The position numbers were made by a program, and so were the translations under genes. A DNA stretch of 64,000 nt, taken from contig CAVSQB010000022.1 in the NCBI GenBank assembly GCA_963729895.1, positions 119,971 through 183,970 of the forward strand, written 5' to 3'. The stretch's first letter is position 1. Every line of letters begins with the position of its first letter. The notes beneath the pieces are model-generated. The model was not told the origin of the DNA. It was given only the letters and a program-made list of their open reading frames with translations, and ran no database searches. Below are positions 44,171-53,234 of the stretch, piece after piece. The DNA comes from an uncultured Fibrobacterota bacterium. GTDB taxonomy: Bacteria > Fibrobacterota > Chitinivibrionia > Chitinivibrionales > FEN-1185.

Positions 44171-46939
44171 ATGATTTCAGACGGAGAACCTTTCGGCCGA
44201 GCGAACGTGCGGAGGCGGATCATTCCCGTCTTGTGCAGTCTCCTCGCAATCGCCTTCGTGTTCACCTGTTCCAACCCTCTTGACAAACACATTTCCAGGC
44301 CCGTTCTTTCCATCGTTTCGGACACGACGGTATCAGTCAAGGACTCCATCGTCCTTGCCGCGCACACCGGCACAGCCGGCGGAAAGGCAATCGACTACCT
44401 GTGGTGGCTGGATGGACGCCTTTTCACCACGTCCCCGGCTCACGACAGCTCGTGCACCCTGGTTTTTGGAATCCGGGATACGGGCCTGCATGTCGTCGTT
44501 GTAAAGGGACTCGGCCTCAGCAACACGCTGTCCGACCCGGAAACGGTGCTCGTTACGGTGTTGCTCCATCCCCCGGTAGTTCATTTCGTGACAAAGGATA
44601 CCACGGTATTCGCCAACGATACCGTTGTCGTTGTTGCCCGGGCCGCGGATTCGAACGGCTCGATCATCGCCTTTTACTGGTCGATCGATACCGCGGCAAC
44701 CGTGATCACCTCGGCAAGCGGAACGCTTGCCTGTTATTTCGGCGCAACCGGCCAAACGCATGTCGTCAGGGTGACGGCCATGGACAACGACAGCATCGTG
44801 TCCGCGCCGGATTCCGTGCATGTCCGGGTTGTTGCAAACCCTCCCCGCATTGCCGCGATCCGCGACACGGGCGTGCCCATCAACGATGCGCTCATCGTTC
44901 GGGCGCCGCGCGTCGATACGTTCAGCACATCGGCACACTGGATCTGGGCCCGGAACGGCACGCTGTTCTCAGACACAACGGCGGGCGATTCGTTCGCGGT
45001 CCGGTTCGGCAAAAGCGAGTGGGGGCCGCATCTTGTGCTTGCCAAGGCGCTCGACAGCCACCGGCTTGAATCGAACATCGATTCCGCGCACATCTACGTT
45101 CACCTCGATGCGCCGGTGGTCTCTATCGTCCACGACACCACCGTATACATAAACGATCCAGTGGTATTGCATGCTCCGGGGACCGACACCAACGGGTATA
45201 TCGTGAAGTACGTCTGGGCCCTCGACGGGACGCATTTCGCGGACACGACGGCCGGCGATTCCATCACCCACGCCTGGAGCAGGGCCGACACAGGCAGGCG
45301 CATTGTTGTGCGCGTCGAGGCAATCGACAACGACACCCTTGCATCGAACGTCGATTCGGCGCTGGTTACGGTGCGTCTGAAGCCCCTGCCGTCCGTGACC
45401 ATGGCCGTCCGCGATACAAGCGTGTATGTCAACGACAGCATCGCCCTTGCCGCGCAAGGAATCCCCAGCGCAAGCAAAAGCCCGATAACGGCATTTGTGT
45501 GGGCGGTGGACAGCGTGAATTTTACAGACACCACCGCTGCGGGCCGCATCGTGGTGCGGTTCGGCGTTGCCGACACCGGAAGGCATGTGGTGCGGGCAAA
45601 GGCAATCGACAGGGATACCATGGTATCCCCAATGGATTCAACCGTAGTGCATGTCCGCCTCGGAATGCCCGTGATCCAGACGATCCGCGACACGTCCGTG
45701 ACCTGGGGCGACACGGTAGTCGTGGTTGTCAAGGCAAGCGATGTAAACGGGGCAATCCAGAAATACCTGTGGGCCACCGCCGGCCCGGGCGCCACCAGCG
45801 ACAGCTCCGCGAGCGACACGTTAAAGTTTACAAGCAGTATTCACGCCCCGCTGAAAGTCGTCGTAGGAGCGCGCGACGACGACGGACTCGTGGCACGAGA
45901 CACCTTTACCGTCTGGTTCGGGGCCGTGCGCTGCACCGTAACGGTACGCGGACCAAAAACCCGCGACACGGCCTGGGTGCATTCCACCGACTCAAATGTC
46001 GTGACAACGCCGCTTTCGTTTTCCGCGAGGCGCGCCGACGGCGTTGCCGACACGTTCACCTATTCACTGTGGTCGGGAAGGTCTCCCGCGGCCCTTGCCG
46101 AGGCGTACCGCGGGAAAGATACGGTGTGCGCTCTCACAACGCTCGACACAGGAACCTGGTATTGGAAGATTGCCGCAGTCGATGGCCACGGCGATTCGGC
46201 GGCAACGCCGGTTTCGTCTCTGTCAATTCTGCTTCTGCGGCGAATTTGTTTTGCCGGGCACTCCATCGTGACCGGATTTCAAGGAACAGCCGGACTCGGC
46301 GGGTTCCGCAGGATGGTTGTGGATACCCTGCGGGCGGCGGCAACAACCGGCACAGCGATCAAATGCGTGGGTCCATTGACAACTCAGAACCTTCTGCCCG
46401 CGGAGGATGATTCCTGCCTTGCGGTCGGGGGGAAAACATGCGCTCAGATTTACGACTCTTTGCTGGACCACCCGTTCACCAACGCGGACCTGTGGATCTA
46501 TATGTGCGGCGTGAACGAAGGATACGAGTTTCCCACGTGGGGTTTTGACGGCATGTATTTCCGGCTGGAGAACTTTTCGGCCGTGACCCTGGATTCGATG
46601 CACGGAAGGAATCCCAGAAGCGAGATCTACGTACTCAACGCCGTCCCTTTTCCGGCCGATACCATAGGTAATTTCAATCAGGCATGCGATTCAATTTTCA
46701 AAACGAATCTTCCGGTTTTCAACCGCATGCTCGACTCGGTTGTCACGCTCCGTCGCCAGCAGTGGGGCGGGGGCGTGTGGCTCGTGGACGTATTCGACAC
46801 TCTGGCCGTGCTGCCCGATTCCGTGCAGAACCAGATTTACTTTTCAGACTATCTGCATCCCAATCAGCGCGGGTACGATGTCATGGCGGGGCAAATATTC
46901 AAGACCATGCGTTCCGCCAACAGCTCTTTTATCAAGTGA
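44171..46939 (+). CDS. lipoprotein with six tandem PKD/Ig-like repeats and a C-terminal SGNH/GDSL-type hydrolase domain
   Basis: 922 aa with ..AIAFVFTCSNP.. as a lipobox-like site. Six ~90-aa repeats span aa ~44-583 (nt ~44300-45920). The C-terminal domain has ..ICFAGHSIVTG.. (block I) and ..SDYLHPNQRGY.. (block V). Confidence 0.75.
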   Translation: MISDGEPFGRANVRRRIIPVLCSLLAIAFVFTCSNPLDKHISRPVLSIVSDTTVSVKDSIVLAAHTGTAGGKAIDYLWWLDGRLFTTSPAHDSSCTLVFGIRDTGLHVVVVKGLGLSNTLSDPETVLVTVLLHPPVVHFVTKDTTVFANDTVVVVARAADSNGSIIAFYWSIDTAATVITSASGTLACYFGATGQTHVVRVTAMDNDSIVSAPDSVHVRVVANPPRIAAIRDTGVPINDALIVRAPRVDTFSTSAHWIWARNGTLFSDTTAGDSFAVRFGKSEWGPHLVLAKALDSHRLESNIDSAHIYVHLDAPVVSIVHDTTVYINDPVVLHAPGTDTNGYIVKYVWALDGTHFADTTAGDSITHAWSRADTGRRIVVRVEAIDNDTLASNVDSALVTVRLKPLPSVTMAVRDTSVYVNDSIALAAQGIPSASKSPITAFVWAVDSVNFTDTTAAGRIVVRFGVADTGRHVVRAKAIDRDTMVSPMDSTVVHVRLGMPVIQTIRDTSVTWGDTVVVVVKASDVNGAIQKYLWATAGPGATSDSSASDTLKFTSSIHAPLKVVVGARDDDGLVARDTFTVWFGAVRCTVTVRGPKTRDTAWVHSTDSNVVTTPLSFSARRADGVADTFTYSLWSGRSPAALAEAYRGKDTVCALTTLDTGTWYWKIAAVDGHGDSAATPVSSLSILLLRRICFAGHSIVTGFQGTAGLGGFRRMVVDTLRAAATTGTAIKCVGPLTTQNLLPAEDDSCLAVGGKTCAQIYDSLLDHPFTNADLWIYMCGVNEGYEFPTWGFDGMYFRLENFSAVTLDSMHGRNPRSEIYVLNAVPFPADTIGNFNQACDSIFKTNLPVFNRMLDSVVTLRRQQWGGGVWLVDVFDTLAVLPDSVQNQIYFSDYLHPNQRGYDVMAGQIFKTMRSANSSFIK

Positions 46940-46969
46940 TGCGGCGGAAGTCCGGGCCGGGCAGCCCCG

Positions 46970-47353
46970 TCACTTTTCTCCCGCAACCTCCAGGTAGATC
47001 AGATACTCGCCCGATGCCTCCGCCCCGCCGATAAGTGCCAGGGCGTTCATTGCCGCAGGTTTCCGGTTTCCCTTGACCAACCGTAATTCAACCGCGATCG
47101 GAAGCGTCGGAAAGGGAATAGCCGGGCATTGTACGGCCACCAGGACATACGCGCTCCAGATTTCGTTTTCTTCGCTCAAGAGATCCTTGACGCACTGGTG
47201 AGGCGCGGACATAAGGTAGTACATGTCTTCGTAGGGAGACATATACCCCTCGCCTGCGCCGGCAACAACGCCGCCGATTGTTACCCCACCGGCGGTTATT
47301 TGAATCTCATCATTTTTCCTGAAGCCGATGCCCGAAGGGAGTTGCAATGCCAC
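46970..47353 (-). CDS. hypothetical protein
   Basis: 127-aa ORF with protein-like composition and no recognised motif. The call rests only on ORF length and context. Confidence 0.35.
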   Translation of the reverse strand: MALQLPSGIGFRKNDEIQITAGGVTIGGVVAGAGEGYMSPYEDMYYLMSAPHQCVKDLLSEENEIWSAYVLVAVQCPAIPFPTLPIAVELRLVKGNRKPAAMNALALIGGAEASGEYLIYLEVAGEK

Positions 47354-47590
47354 GACAGTATCCTTTCCCGATCTTTTCCACTGTCCTGTTTGAGGTTTCC
47401 AAAGCCTGCCACCGTATGTCTACATTATCCGGTGCGTGTGCAGTGAATGCCAGCAGAAGCTGCATTGCCGTGCTTCGATGGCGGGCCGGCCCGCCGGCGC
47501 GTGTTCCGGTATGCTCGAAGCCGGAAATCAATTATCTTAGTACCAAAGTCCACGCTGATTCCGTCTCTCCTCGAAAAGAAAGAAGATGCA

Positions 47591-48565
47591 ATGGCAGAGG
47601 TAACCATCAACGTTATTCCGTACACTCCGGACCGCAGAGACGCCTGGAACGCATTTGTAAGGGCTTCCAATAACGGGACCGTGTTTCACACGCAGGACTT
47701 TCTGGACTACCACCCGGAAGGAAGATTCACCTTCCTCCACCTGATGTTTTACAAAGGCGACGAGCTCGTTGCCGTGCTGCCGGGCGGGCTCTCGGGCGAC
47801 ATGTTCAAGAGCCCCCTGGGGGCGAGCTTCGGCGGGTTTGTGGCGAATGCGCGTCTCGGTTTGCAGGATGCCGACGCAATTGTAAAGGCGTTCATCCGCT
47901 TCTGCGCCTCCAGGCTCATCAAGGAAGTGTACCTTACACCGCCCATGCAAATCTACAACGCCACATTCAACGAGTCCATCGAATACGCCATGCACTACAA
48001 CCACTACATCGTTCTGTCGAGCCTGTTTTCCTCGGTCATCGATTTTTCGGTGATTCACGGAAAAGACGACCTCTCGCGCAACACGCGGCACAAAATCAAC
48101 AAGGCCGTCAACAAGGGCGTGCGGATCGAGGAAAACAGGGACTTCGACGCGTTCTACCCGATTCTCCTCAAGAACAAGGAGAAATTCAGCGTGACGCCCA
48201 CGCACACGCTTGACGAACTCAAAAAGATCGAATCGCTTCTCCCGGGCATGATGACGCTGTTTTTGGCCTACTTCGAAAACCGGCCCATCGCCGGGGAATT
48301 GCTCTTTACCTGCAACAAGCAGTGCGTTCTCAACTTCTACACCATGCACCTGTACGATTTTCACAACCTGTTCGCAGTCAATTACCTCATCGAGCATTCC
48401 ATCCGCTGGTGCAACCAGAAAGGCTTCCGCTATTTCGACTACGGAGTGTCCGCGGACACCTTCAGTATCGATCCCATGGAACCTTCGTGGACGCTCATCG
48501 AGTTCAAGGAGTCGATGGGCGCAAACGGGTGCCAGCGGAAGACGTACTACCGGAGAATTTTCTGA
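47591..48565 (+). CDS. FemAB/BioF2-like acetyltransferase-fold protein (Acetyltransf_6-type GNAT)
   Basis: The track ORF starts at 47447; ATG 47591 gives MAEVTINVIPYTPDRRDAWNAFV..GTVFHTQDFLDYH.. . The length (324 aa) and two-lobed GNAT-like pattern resemble FemAB-family or EPS-associated acyltransferases. Confidence 0.6.
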   Translation: MAEVTINVIPYTPDRRDAWNAFVRASNNGTVFHTQDFLDYHPEGRFTFLHLMFYKGDELVAVLPGGLSGDMFKSPLGASFGGFVANARLGLQDADAIVKAFIRFCASRLIKEVYLTPPMQIYNATFNESIEYAMHYNHYIVLSSLFSSVIDFSVIHGKDDLSRNTRHKINKAVNKGVRIEENRDFDAFYPILLKNKEKFSVTPTHTLDELKKIESLLPGMMTLFLAYFENRPIAGELLFTCNKQCVLNFYTMHLYDFHNLFAVNYLIEHSIRWCNQKGFRYFDYGVSADTFSIDPMEPSWTLIEFKESMGANGCQRKTYYRRIF

Positions 48566-48601
48566 GGCGGGCCGTGCCTGCAGCGGAATTCGTTCAAAGT
48601 T

Positions 48602-48766
48602 TTACCGCAGAGGCGCAAAGGACGCAAAGGAACCGGAGCTGGATTGAGTACCGTAAACTGATGAAGAGCTAACGAGCAATTATAGGGGTCATTGCGAGCG
48701 CAGCGAAGCAATCTCATTCACCTTCACAGAGTGTTAAACTTTGCGCTCTTTGCGTCTTTGCGGTAA
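48602..48766. repeat. paired inverted 28-nt arm element, copy A
   Basis: The left arm is TTACCGCAGAGGCGCAAAGGACGCAAAG (48602-48629). The right arm is CTTTGCGCTCTTTGCGTCTTTGCGGTAA (48739-48766). The spacer is 109 nt and lies between convergent genes. Confidence 0.85.
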
Positions 48767-48772
48767 GTCTTC

Positions 48773-49303
48773 TTACTCCTGCAGCCACGTCTTCCAGATT
48801 CCCGGGGAAGATTCCGGAATGTCAGTCGCGCCCACGGTTTTCCTGTAATAGTCCGCAGGCCCCACGCCGCCCACGATGGCATACCCGTACCCTTTGAGTT
48901 TCATGTCCTGCAGGGCGGCATACAGTAACGCAGTGCCGATCCCCTTGTTGCGGAACCCGTTATCCACGCCGGTGGGACCGAAATAGCCCAGGGCAGTGGC
49001 ATCGTAACACGCGAAACCGACGATCTTTTGCCCCTTAAAAAGGGCAATGAAGCAGGAGACAGGCCTGTTGCAGAGCGCCATGTCCGTTTCGCTCGACCAT
49101 GCCTTGTTGAATTTGGTTTTTACCCACTCAACAACAAGGTGCTTTTCCGGACCGATGGGTTTGCGGATCGTAACATCCTGGTCCCTTGCCTTTTCGATGA
49201 CCGGACAGTCGCCGGGAAGATTGTAGAGCTTGACGAGCATGTCGTGCATGCGGGGCAATCCTTTGTGATGGTACGGGTTTGTGGAATGAAAAGAAAAATA
49301 CAT
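48773..49303 (-). CDS. GNAT-family N-acetyltransferase
   Basis: 176 aa. ..IVGFACYD..GYFGPTGVDNGFRNKGIGTALLYAAL.. is the GNAT motif A (acetyl-CoA binding). The true start may be an internal Met (MHDMLVKLYNL..). Confidence 0.8.
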   Translation of the reverse strand: MYFSFHSTNPYHHKGLPRMHDMLVKLYNLPGDCPVIEKARDQDVTIRKPIGPEKHLVVEWVKTKFNKAWSSETDMALCNRPVSCFIALFKGQKIVGFACYDATALGYFGPTGVDNGFRNKGIGTALLYAALQDMKLKGYGYAIVGGVGPADYYRKTVGATDIPESSPGIWKTWLQE

Positions 49304-49408
49304 GAATCCTCTAGCGAGCGCATTGTCACTTCGTTCCCTAAGGTATGGTAGTTGCGCTTCGCGCTTTGTATCATGTCGTTTGCCTTTTCCCCGAAGGTTC
49401 GCTTGCGC

Positions 49409-49439
49409 ATGACCATTTTTCGGACTATATTATGGTCAT
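49409..49439. promoter_or_regulatory. palindromic operator candidate upstream of the TA operon
   Basis: ATGACCAT (49409-49416) and ATGGTCAT (49432-49439) are a perfect 8-bp inverted repeat. They flank TATATT, 12 nt upstream of the antitoxin ATG (RBS GGAGGG). Confidence 0.5.
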
Positions 49440-49450
49440 ATGGAGGGACC

Positions 49451-49729
49451 ATGAAACTCAGCGAAACGGTCAAACCGATAAGTTATCTCAAAGCCCACGC
49501 ATCTGAAATTGTCAACAGCATTACGGATTCTCATCAAACATTTGTCATCACCAGGCGGGGTGAGGCCAAAGCGGTCGTGCAGGATATCTCAAGCTATGAG
49601 CAGACGCAGGAAAGCCTGGCGCTGTTGAAAATGGTGGCGATGAGCGCTGCCAGTCTCGAAAAGGGCCGTTTTAAGCCGATGAAGAAAGCGTTTTCCCACC
49701 TTGCTGAAAGAATACAAAAATCCGCATGA
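49451..49729 (+). CDS. Phd/YefM-family antitoxin
   Basis: 92 aa from ATG 49451: MKLSETVKPISYLKAHASEIVNSITDSHQTFVITRRGEAKAVVQDISSYEQ.. . It overlaps the toxin gene by 4 nt (ATGA). Confidence 0.85.
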   Translation: MKLSETVKPISYLKAHASEIVNSITDSHQTFVITRRGEAKAVVQDISSYEQTQESLALLKMVAMSAASLEKGRFKPMKKAFSHLAERIQKSA

Positions 49730-50049
49730 AGTATCAGGTTTTTCTGATTTCGGACGCCGAGGAAGACATCTTCGAAATATTTTACTACATTGCCTCAAAC
49801 GATTCCGTAGAACGCGCCGATTATGTATACGGCAAGCTCAGGGAGACATGTTCAACCCTGGAATTCTCCCCCCGCCGTGGTCATGTCCCTCCCGAATTGG
49901 ACAGAATCGGGGTTGACAATTTCCTCCAGATACATTTCAAACCTTACCGGATAATCTATTCTGTGTCCGGAAACAAGGTGTTCATACATTGTGTTCTTGA
50001 CGGCCGTCGAAATCTGCAGGATTTGCTCCATCATCGTTTGGTCCGATAG
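49726..50049 (+). CDS. RelE/ParE-family toxin
   Basis: 107 aa. ..AEEDIFEIFYYIA.. and ..YRIIYSVSGNKVFIHCVLDGRRNLQDLL.. are typical of ParE-like toxins. Confidence 0.85.
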   Translation: MKYQVFLISDAEEDIFEIFYYIASNDSVERADYVYGKLRETCSTLEFSPRRGHVPPELDRIGVDNFLQIHFKPYRIIYSVSGNKVFIHCVLDGRRNLQDLLHHRLVR

Positions 50050-50059
50050 ATGTCAAAAG

Positions 50060-50929
50060 TCAGAAAGTCCATTTCTTAATCCTTCTCCCGATCAAAGCCT
50101 CGACCCTTGAAGAATTCAGATGCACGTTCCCGATCCTCGGCGGTCCGTCCACATCGTCCTGCCGCGACCATTTCTTAAGCGCCTCATTCTTGTACCTTCC
50201 CTTTTCAAGTATGCGCCTGCCTATTTCGTAGAGGCTTACCGGATGCGGGCCGCCAAGGTGGAACAACCCTTGTGTTTCCTTGAGAAGCAGCTCAGCAACG
50301 ATACCGGCAAGTTCGCAGCAATCAATGCAGCTTCGGTATTCGTCGTGAAACAGCGACATGGGAAGGCCGCGTTTGAGCCTGCCTTCGATGAAATCCACGG
50401 CGCCCTTTTCGCCCTGTATCGAGCCGCCCATAGGCAGGCCCAGACGCACGATGCCACAGCGGGGTGCGCGCTTGATCTCCTTTTCCGCCAGCGCATAGGT
50501 CTGGCCCACAACACTCACGGGGTCGGGATCGTCCTGTTCGGAGTACCCGCCGGGAGGAGGGTTATGGCCGGAAAACACAAGGTCGGCGCTCAGGTACATC
50601 ACATAACAGGCGGGAGAAAAGACATCGACGATGTTCTTTGCACCGCCCACGTTGATGTCCTGGGCGTACTTCGGCCGCTCCTCGCAGATATCAAGATCGC
50701 ATACGCCGGCAGCGTGCAGCACGTGCGTGGGCCGGAACGCCGCATTGATCTGTGCGAGCGTGTCCCCATCGGTCATGCACACCGAGGCGACGTTGGCGTC
50801 CTTGGGGACCACCGTCTGCGGCGGCCGGATGCCGAACAGGCGGTCGGCGGGGAGAATTGTTTTGAGCTTTTTGAAAATGGGCCAGCCGTGGATGGACGTG
50901 ACGCCCGTGATGAGGATGCGGCAGGACAT
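50060..50929 (-). CDS. NAD(P)-dependent reductase/epimerase, RmlD substrate-binding-domain-like
   Basis: The track ORF extends to 51508, but its first ~190 codons are Arg/Ser/Pro-rich and overlap speE. ATG 50929 gives MSCRILITGVTSIHGWPIF.. (a Rossmann GxxGxxG-like motif), then ..YLSADLVFSG..Y..AE.. . Confidence 0.7.
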   Translation of the reverse strand: MSCRILITGVTSIHGWPIFKKLKTILPADRLFGIRPPQTVVPKDANVASVCMTDGDTLAQINAAFRPTHVLHAAGVCDLDICEERPKYAQDINVGGAKNIVDVFSPACYVMYLSADLVFSGHNPPPGGYSEQDDPDPVSVVGQTYALAEKEIKRAPRCGIVRLGLPMGGSIQGEKGAVDFIEGRLKRGLPMSLFHDEYRSCIDCCELAGIVAELLLKETQGLFHLGGPHPVSLYEIGRRILEKGRYKNEALKKWSRQDDVDGPPRIGNVHLNSSRVEALIGRRIKKWTF

Positions 50930-51035
50930 TGGGGCCACTGTCGGCATGTTACTCCGGCGGAACGACGCAGCATGCATACAACCCTCAGGAGCAGTCGCAA
51001 CAGCGAACCTCCGAGGAACGCACCCGCGCAGGGAT

Positions 51036-51908
51036 TCAGGCAATGATCTTCCGGATGTATTCCGGCAGCAGAAACGCCCCGCGGTGGATGTCCGGGTTGT
51101 AGTAGGTGCAGCGCTTGGCCACCGACGAATACCGCTTGTCATTGAATTTGTCGATATCGGCGCCATCCTTGGCGCACAGCACGAAGCTGCAGATGGCCTC
51201 GGGAAACGACGGCATGGTGCATGTGTAAAGCTTATACGCCGCAAACAGCGTCGAAATCGCCGCCACGGTGGAGCGCAGGTATTCCGCCCTGATGGTGGGC
51301 GAATCGGTCTGGAACACCGCGATGCCGCCTTTGTCGAGCCGGTCGAATACGAGTTTGTAGAAGCCCGTGGTTTCGAGTGACTGCACCGGCCCGCCCGGAT
51401 CGTACGAATCGACAAGGATGACGTCGAAGGTTTCTTTGCATTTGGTAAGATACGAGCATCCTTCGGCGAATTCGACGCGGCTTCGCTTGTCCGAAAATGA
51501 TTTGGCAAGCGACGGAAAATGCACCGTGACCGCCTCCTTCACCATCTTGTCGATTTCCACGACAAGGGCGGTTTCAACGTCCTTGTACTTGAGCACTTCC
51601 CGGAGGCACCCGCCGTCTCCCCCGCCGATAATGCACACGCGGCGAGGGTCCGCGTGCATATTCATCGCCGGGTGGGCGATCGATTCGTGGTAGATATGCT
51701 CGTCGCGCTCGGTAAGAACGATGTTGTCCGCGAGTACCAGCACCTTGCCGAACGCATAGGTGTGGAACACCTCGATCTTCTGGAACGGGCTGGCCCCGTA
51801 ATGAAGCGCGTGTTTGGCGCGGAGGGTGATGCCCGCGAGCCCGTTCACCAGGTTTTCCAGCCAGAGCGACGAGTTGCTTCCTGTTTCGTACCGGGGAGAT
51901 GTTTCCAT
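51036..51908 (-). CDS. speE: spermidine synthase (polyamine aminopropyltransferase)
   Basis: An AAGGAAG RBS precedes ATG 51908 (METSPRYETG..). ..SPFQKIEVF..GKVLVLADNIVLTERDEHIYHE.., ..VCIIGGGDGGCLREVLKY.. and ..FDVILVDSYDPGGP.. are canonical SpeE motifs. Confidence 0.85.
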   Translation of the reverse strand: METSPRYETGSNSSLWLENLVNGLAGITLRAKHALHYGASPFQKIEVFHTYAFGKVLVLADNIVLTERDEHIYHESIAHPAMNMHADPRRVCIIGGGDGGCLREVLKYKDVETALVVEIDKMVKEAVTVHFPSLAKSFSDKRSRVEFAEGCSYLTKCKETFDVILVDSYDPGGPVQSLETTGFYKLVFDRLDKGGIAVFQTDSPTIRAEYLRSTVAAISTLFAAYKLYTCTMPSFPEAICSFVLCAKDGADIDKFNDKRYSSVAKRCTYYNPDIHRGAFLLPEYIRKIIA

Positions 51909-51936
51909 TGTGGCTTCCTTTAGTTCGAATATGAAG

Positions 51937-52029
51937 TTCACCGCAAAGGCGCAAAGGACACAAAGAAGGCAGGAGTATTATTTATGACAAACTCATTTTT
52001 TCTTTGCGCTCTTTGCGTCTTTGCGGTGA
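51937..52029. repeat. paired inverted 28-nt arm element, copy B
   Basis: The left arm is TTCACCGCAAAGGCGCAAAGGACACAAAG (51937-51965). The right arm is CTTTGCGCTCTTTGCGTCTTTGCGGTGA (52002-52029). The spacer is 36 nt, and the element ends 28 nt upstream of the speE ATG. Confidence 0.85.
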
Positions 52030-52047
52030 GTCATGATCTTTCTTCCG

Positions 52048-53148
52048 TCAGTCAATAACAACAATTTTCGCTTTTGGAAACCCGTTGAACGTGGTGGCGC
52101 TTGCCGTCGTGTAGGCGCCCATGGAATCGAACAGCAGCACGTCGCCGATCTCAAGCAGGGGCAGCGCGATGTTCTCGTACAGGACGTCGAACGAATCACA
52201 GGTGGGGCCCGAAAGCACCGAGTTGAACGTTTCGCCCGACCGGGGTACAAGCAGGGGATAGTCGGCATGATCGAAAACCTTGCCCGAAAACGAACCGTAC
52301 AGCCCTTCGTCAAGATAATACCACCACACGCCGCTGCGCAAGGATTTGCCCATCACACGCGTCGCAAGCACCATGCACGGCCCGGAGAGCACCCTTCCGG
52401 GCTCCGCGATAATCCGGTAGTTGGTAAAATAGCGTTCGAGATATTCGTTGATCGGCTGGCAGAAGCGCTGAATGGGAAGCACCGGGTTCAAGTAGTTGAT
52501 GGGAAACCCGCCGCCGATGTCGATGATGCTGAGAGAAATGCCGGAGAGCGCCGCCTTCCTGCAGATGTCGCGGCAGAAATCGAGCGCCTCGATATATTTG
52601 AGCGGATTCTCGTTTTGTGAACCGGCATGAAAGCTGATGCCCGCTACGGAAAGACCCATGGCATGCGCCTTTGCAATAAGGGAAAACGTCTGCGTTGGCG
52701 CGCACCCGAATTTATGCGAAAGGTTCACCATGCACGCAGGGTTCTGTACGCTCATGCGCACGAGGAGGTGCGCCCGGTCTTTGTACGGAAGGAACTTGTC
52801 GAGCTCGAATTCGTTGTCCACCACAAAAAGGGTGACGCCGAAATCGAGGGCATAGCGGATGTCCGCGTCGCGCTTGATCGGGTGGGTGTGCATGCACTTG
52901 CCGGCCGTGACGCCGCACTGCCGCACGATGTCGATCTCGCCGTTGGTGCAGATATCGAATGAGCCGCCCTCCTGCTGCAGGATGTCGATGATCTCCGGCT
53001 GGGCATTCGATTTGACTGCGTAAAAGAGCTCGACGCCCGGCAGGGCGTACGCAAGGGCGCGAAAGCTCTCGCGCAGCCTGCTTTGGGAAAGGAACAGCGA
53101 CGGCGTACCGTGAACCGAAACGAGCTGGTTCAGTTTTCCAAAATCCAT
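52048..53148 (-). CDS. type III PLP-dependent decarboxylase, ornithine (or lysine/ornithine) decarboxylase-like
   Basis: 366 aa. ..LFYAVKSNAQPEIIDIL..GGSFDICTNGEIDIV.., ..SFHAGSQ.., ..IIDIGGGFP.., ..LSGPTCDSFDVL.. and ..FDSMGAYT.. closely follow the eukaryotic-type ODC/DapDC family signature. Confidence 0.8.
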   Translation of the reverse strand: MDFGKLNQLVSVHGTPSLFLSQSRLRESFRALAYALPGVELFYAVKSNAQPEIIDILQQEGGSFDICTNGEIDIVRQCGVTAGKCMHTHPIKRDADIRYALDFGVTLFVVDNEFELDKFLPYKDRAHLLVRMSVQNPACMVNLSHKFGCAPTQTFSLIAKAHAMGLSVAGISFHAGSQNENPLKYIEALDFCRDICRKAALSGISLSIIDIGGGFPINYLNPVLPIQRFCQPINEYLERYFTNYRIIAEPGRVLSGPCMVLATRVMGKSLRSGVWWYYLDEGLYGSFSGKVFDHADYPLLVPRSGETFNSVLSGPTCDSFDVLYENIALPLLEIGDVLLFDSMGAYTTASATTFNGFPKAKIVVID

Positions 53149-53234
53149 AAGGGAGTACCGCTTGTGTGCACCTTTCTGAAAAGGGAACGCAAAAAAGATT
53201 TTAAATATACGTTAGGAGGGACAAAGTACGCGAT

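Noticed and set aside
50930-51508. N-terminal ~190 codons of track ORF 50060..51508.
   Set aside because: This part overlaps the 3' end of speE in another frame and is Arg/Ser/Pro/Cys-rich. The Rossmann-type N-terminus MSCRILITG at ATG 50929 is the natural start.
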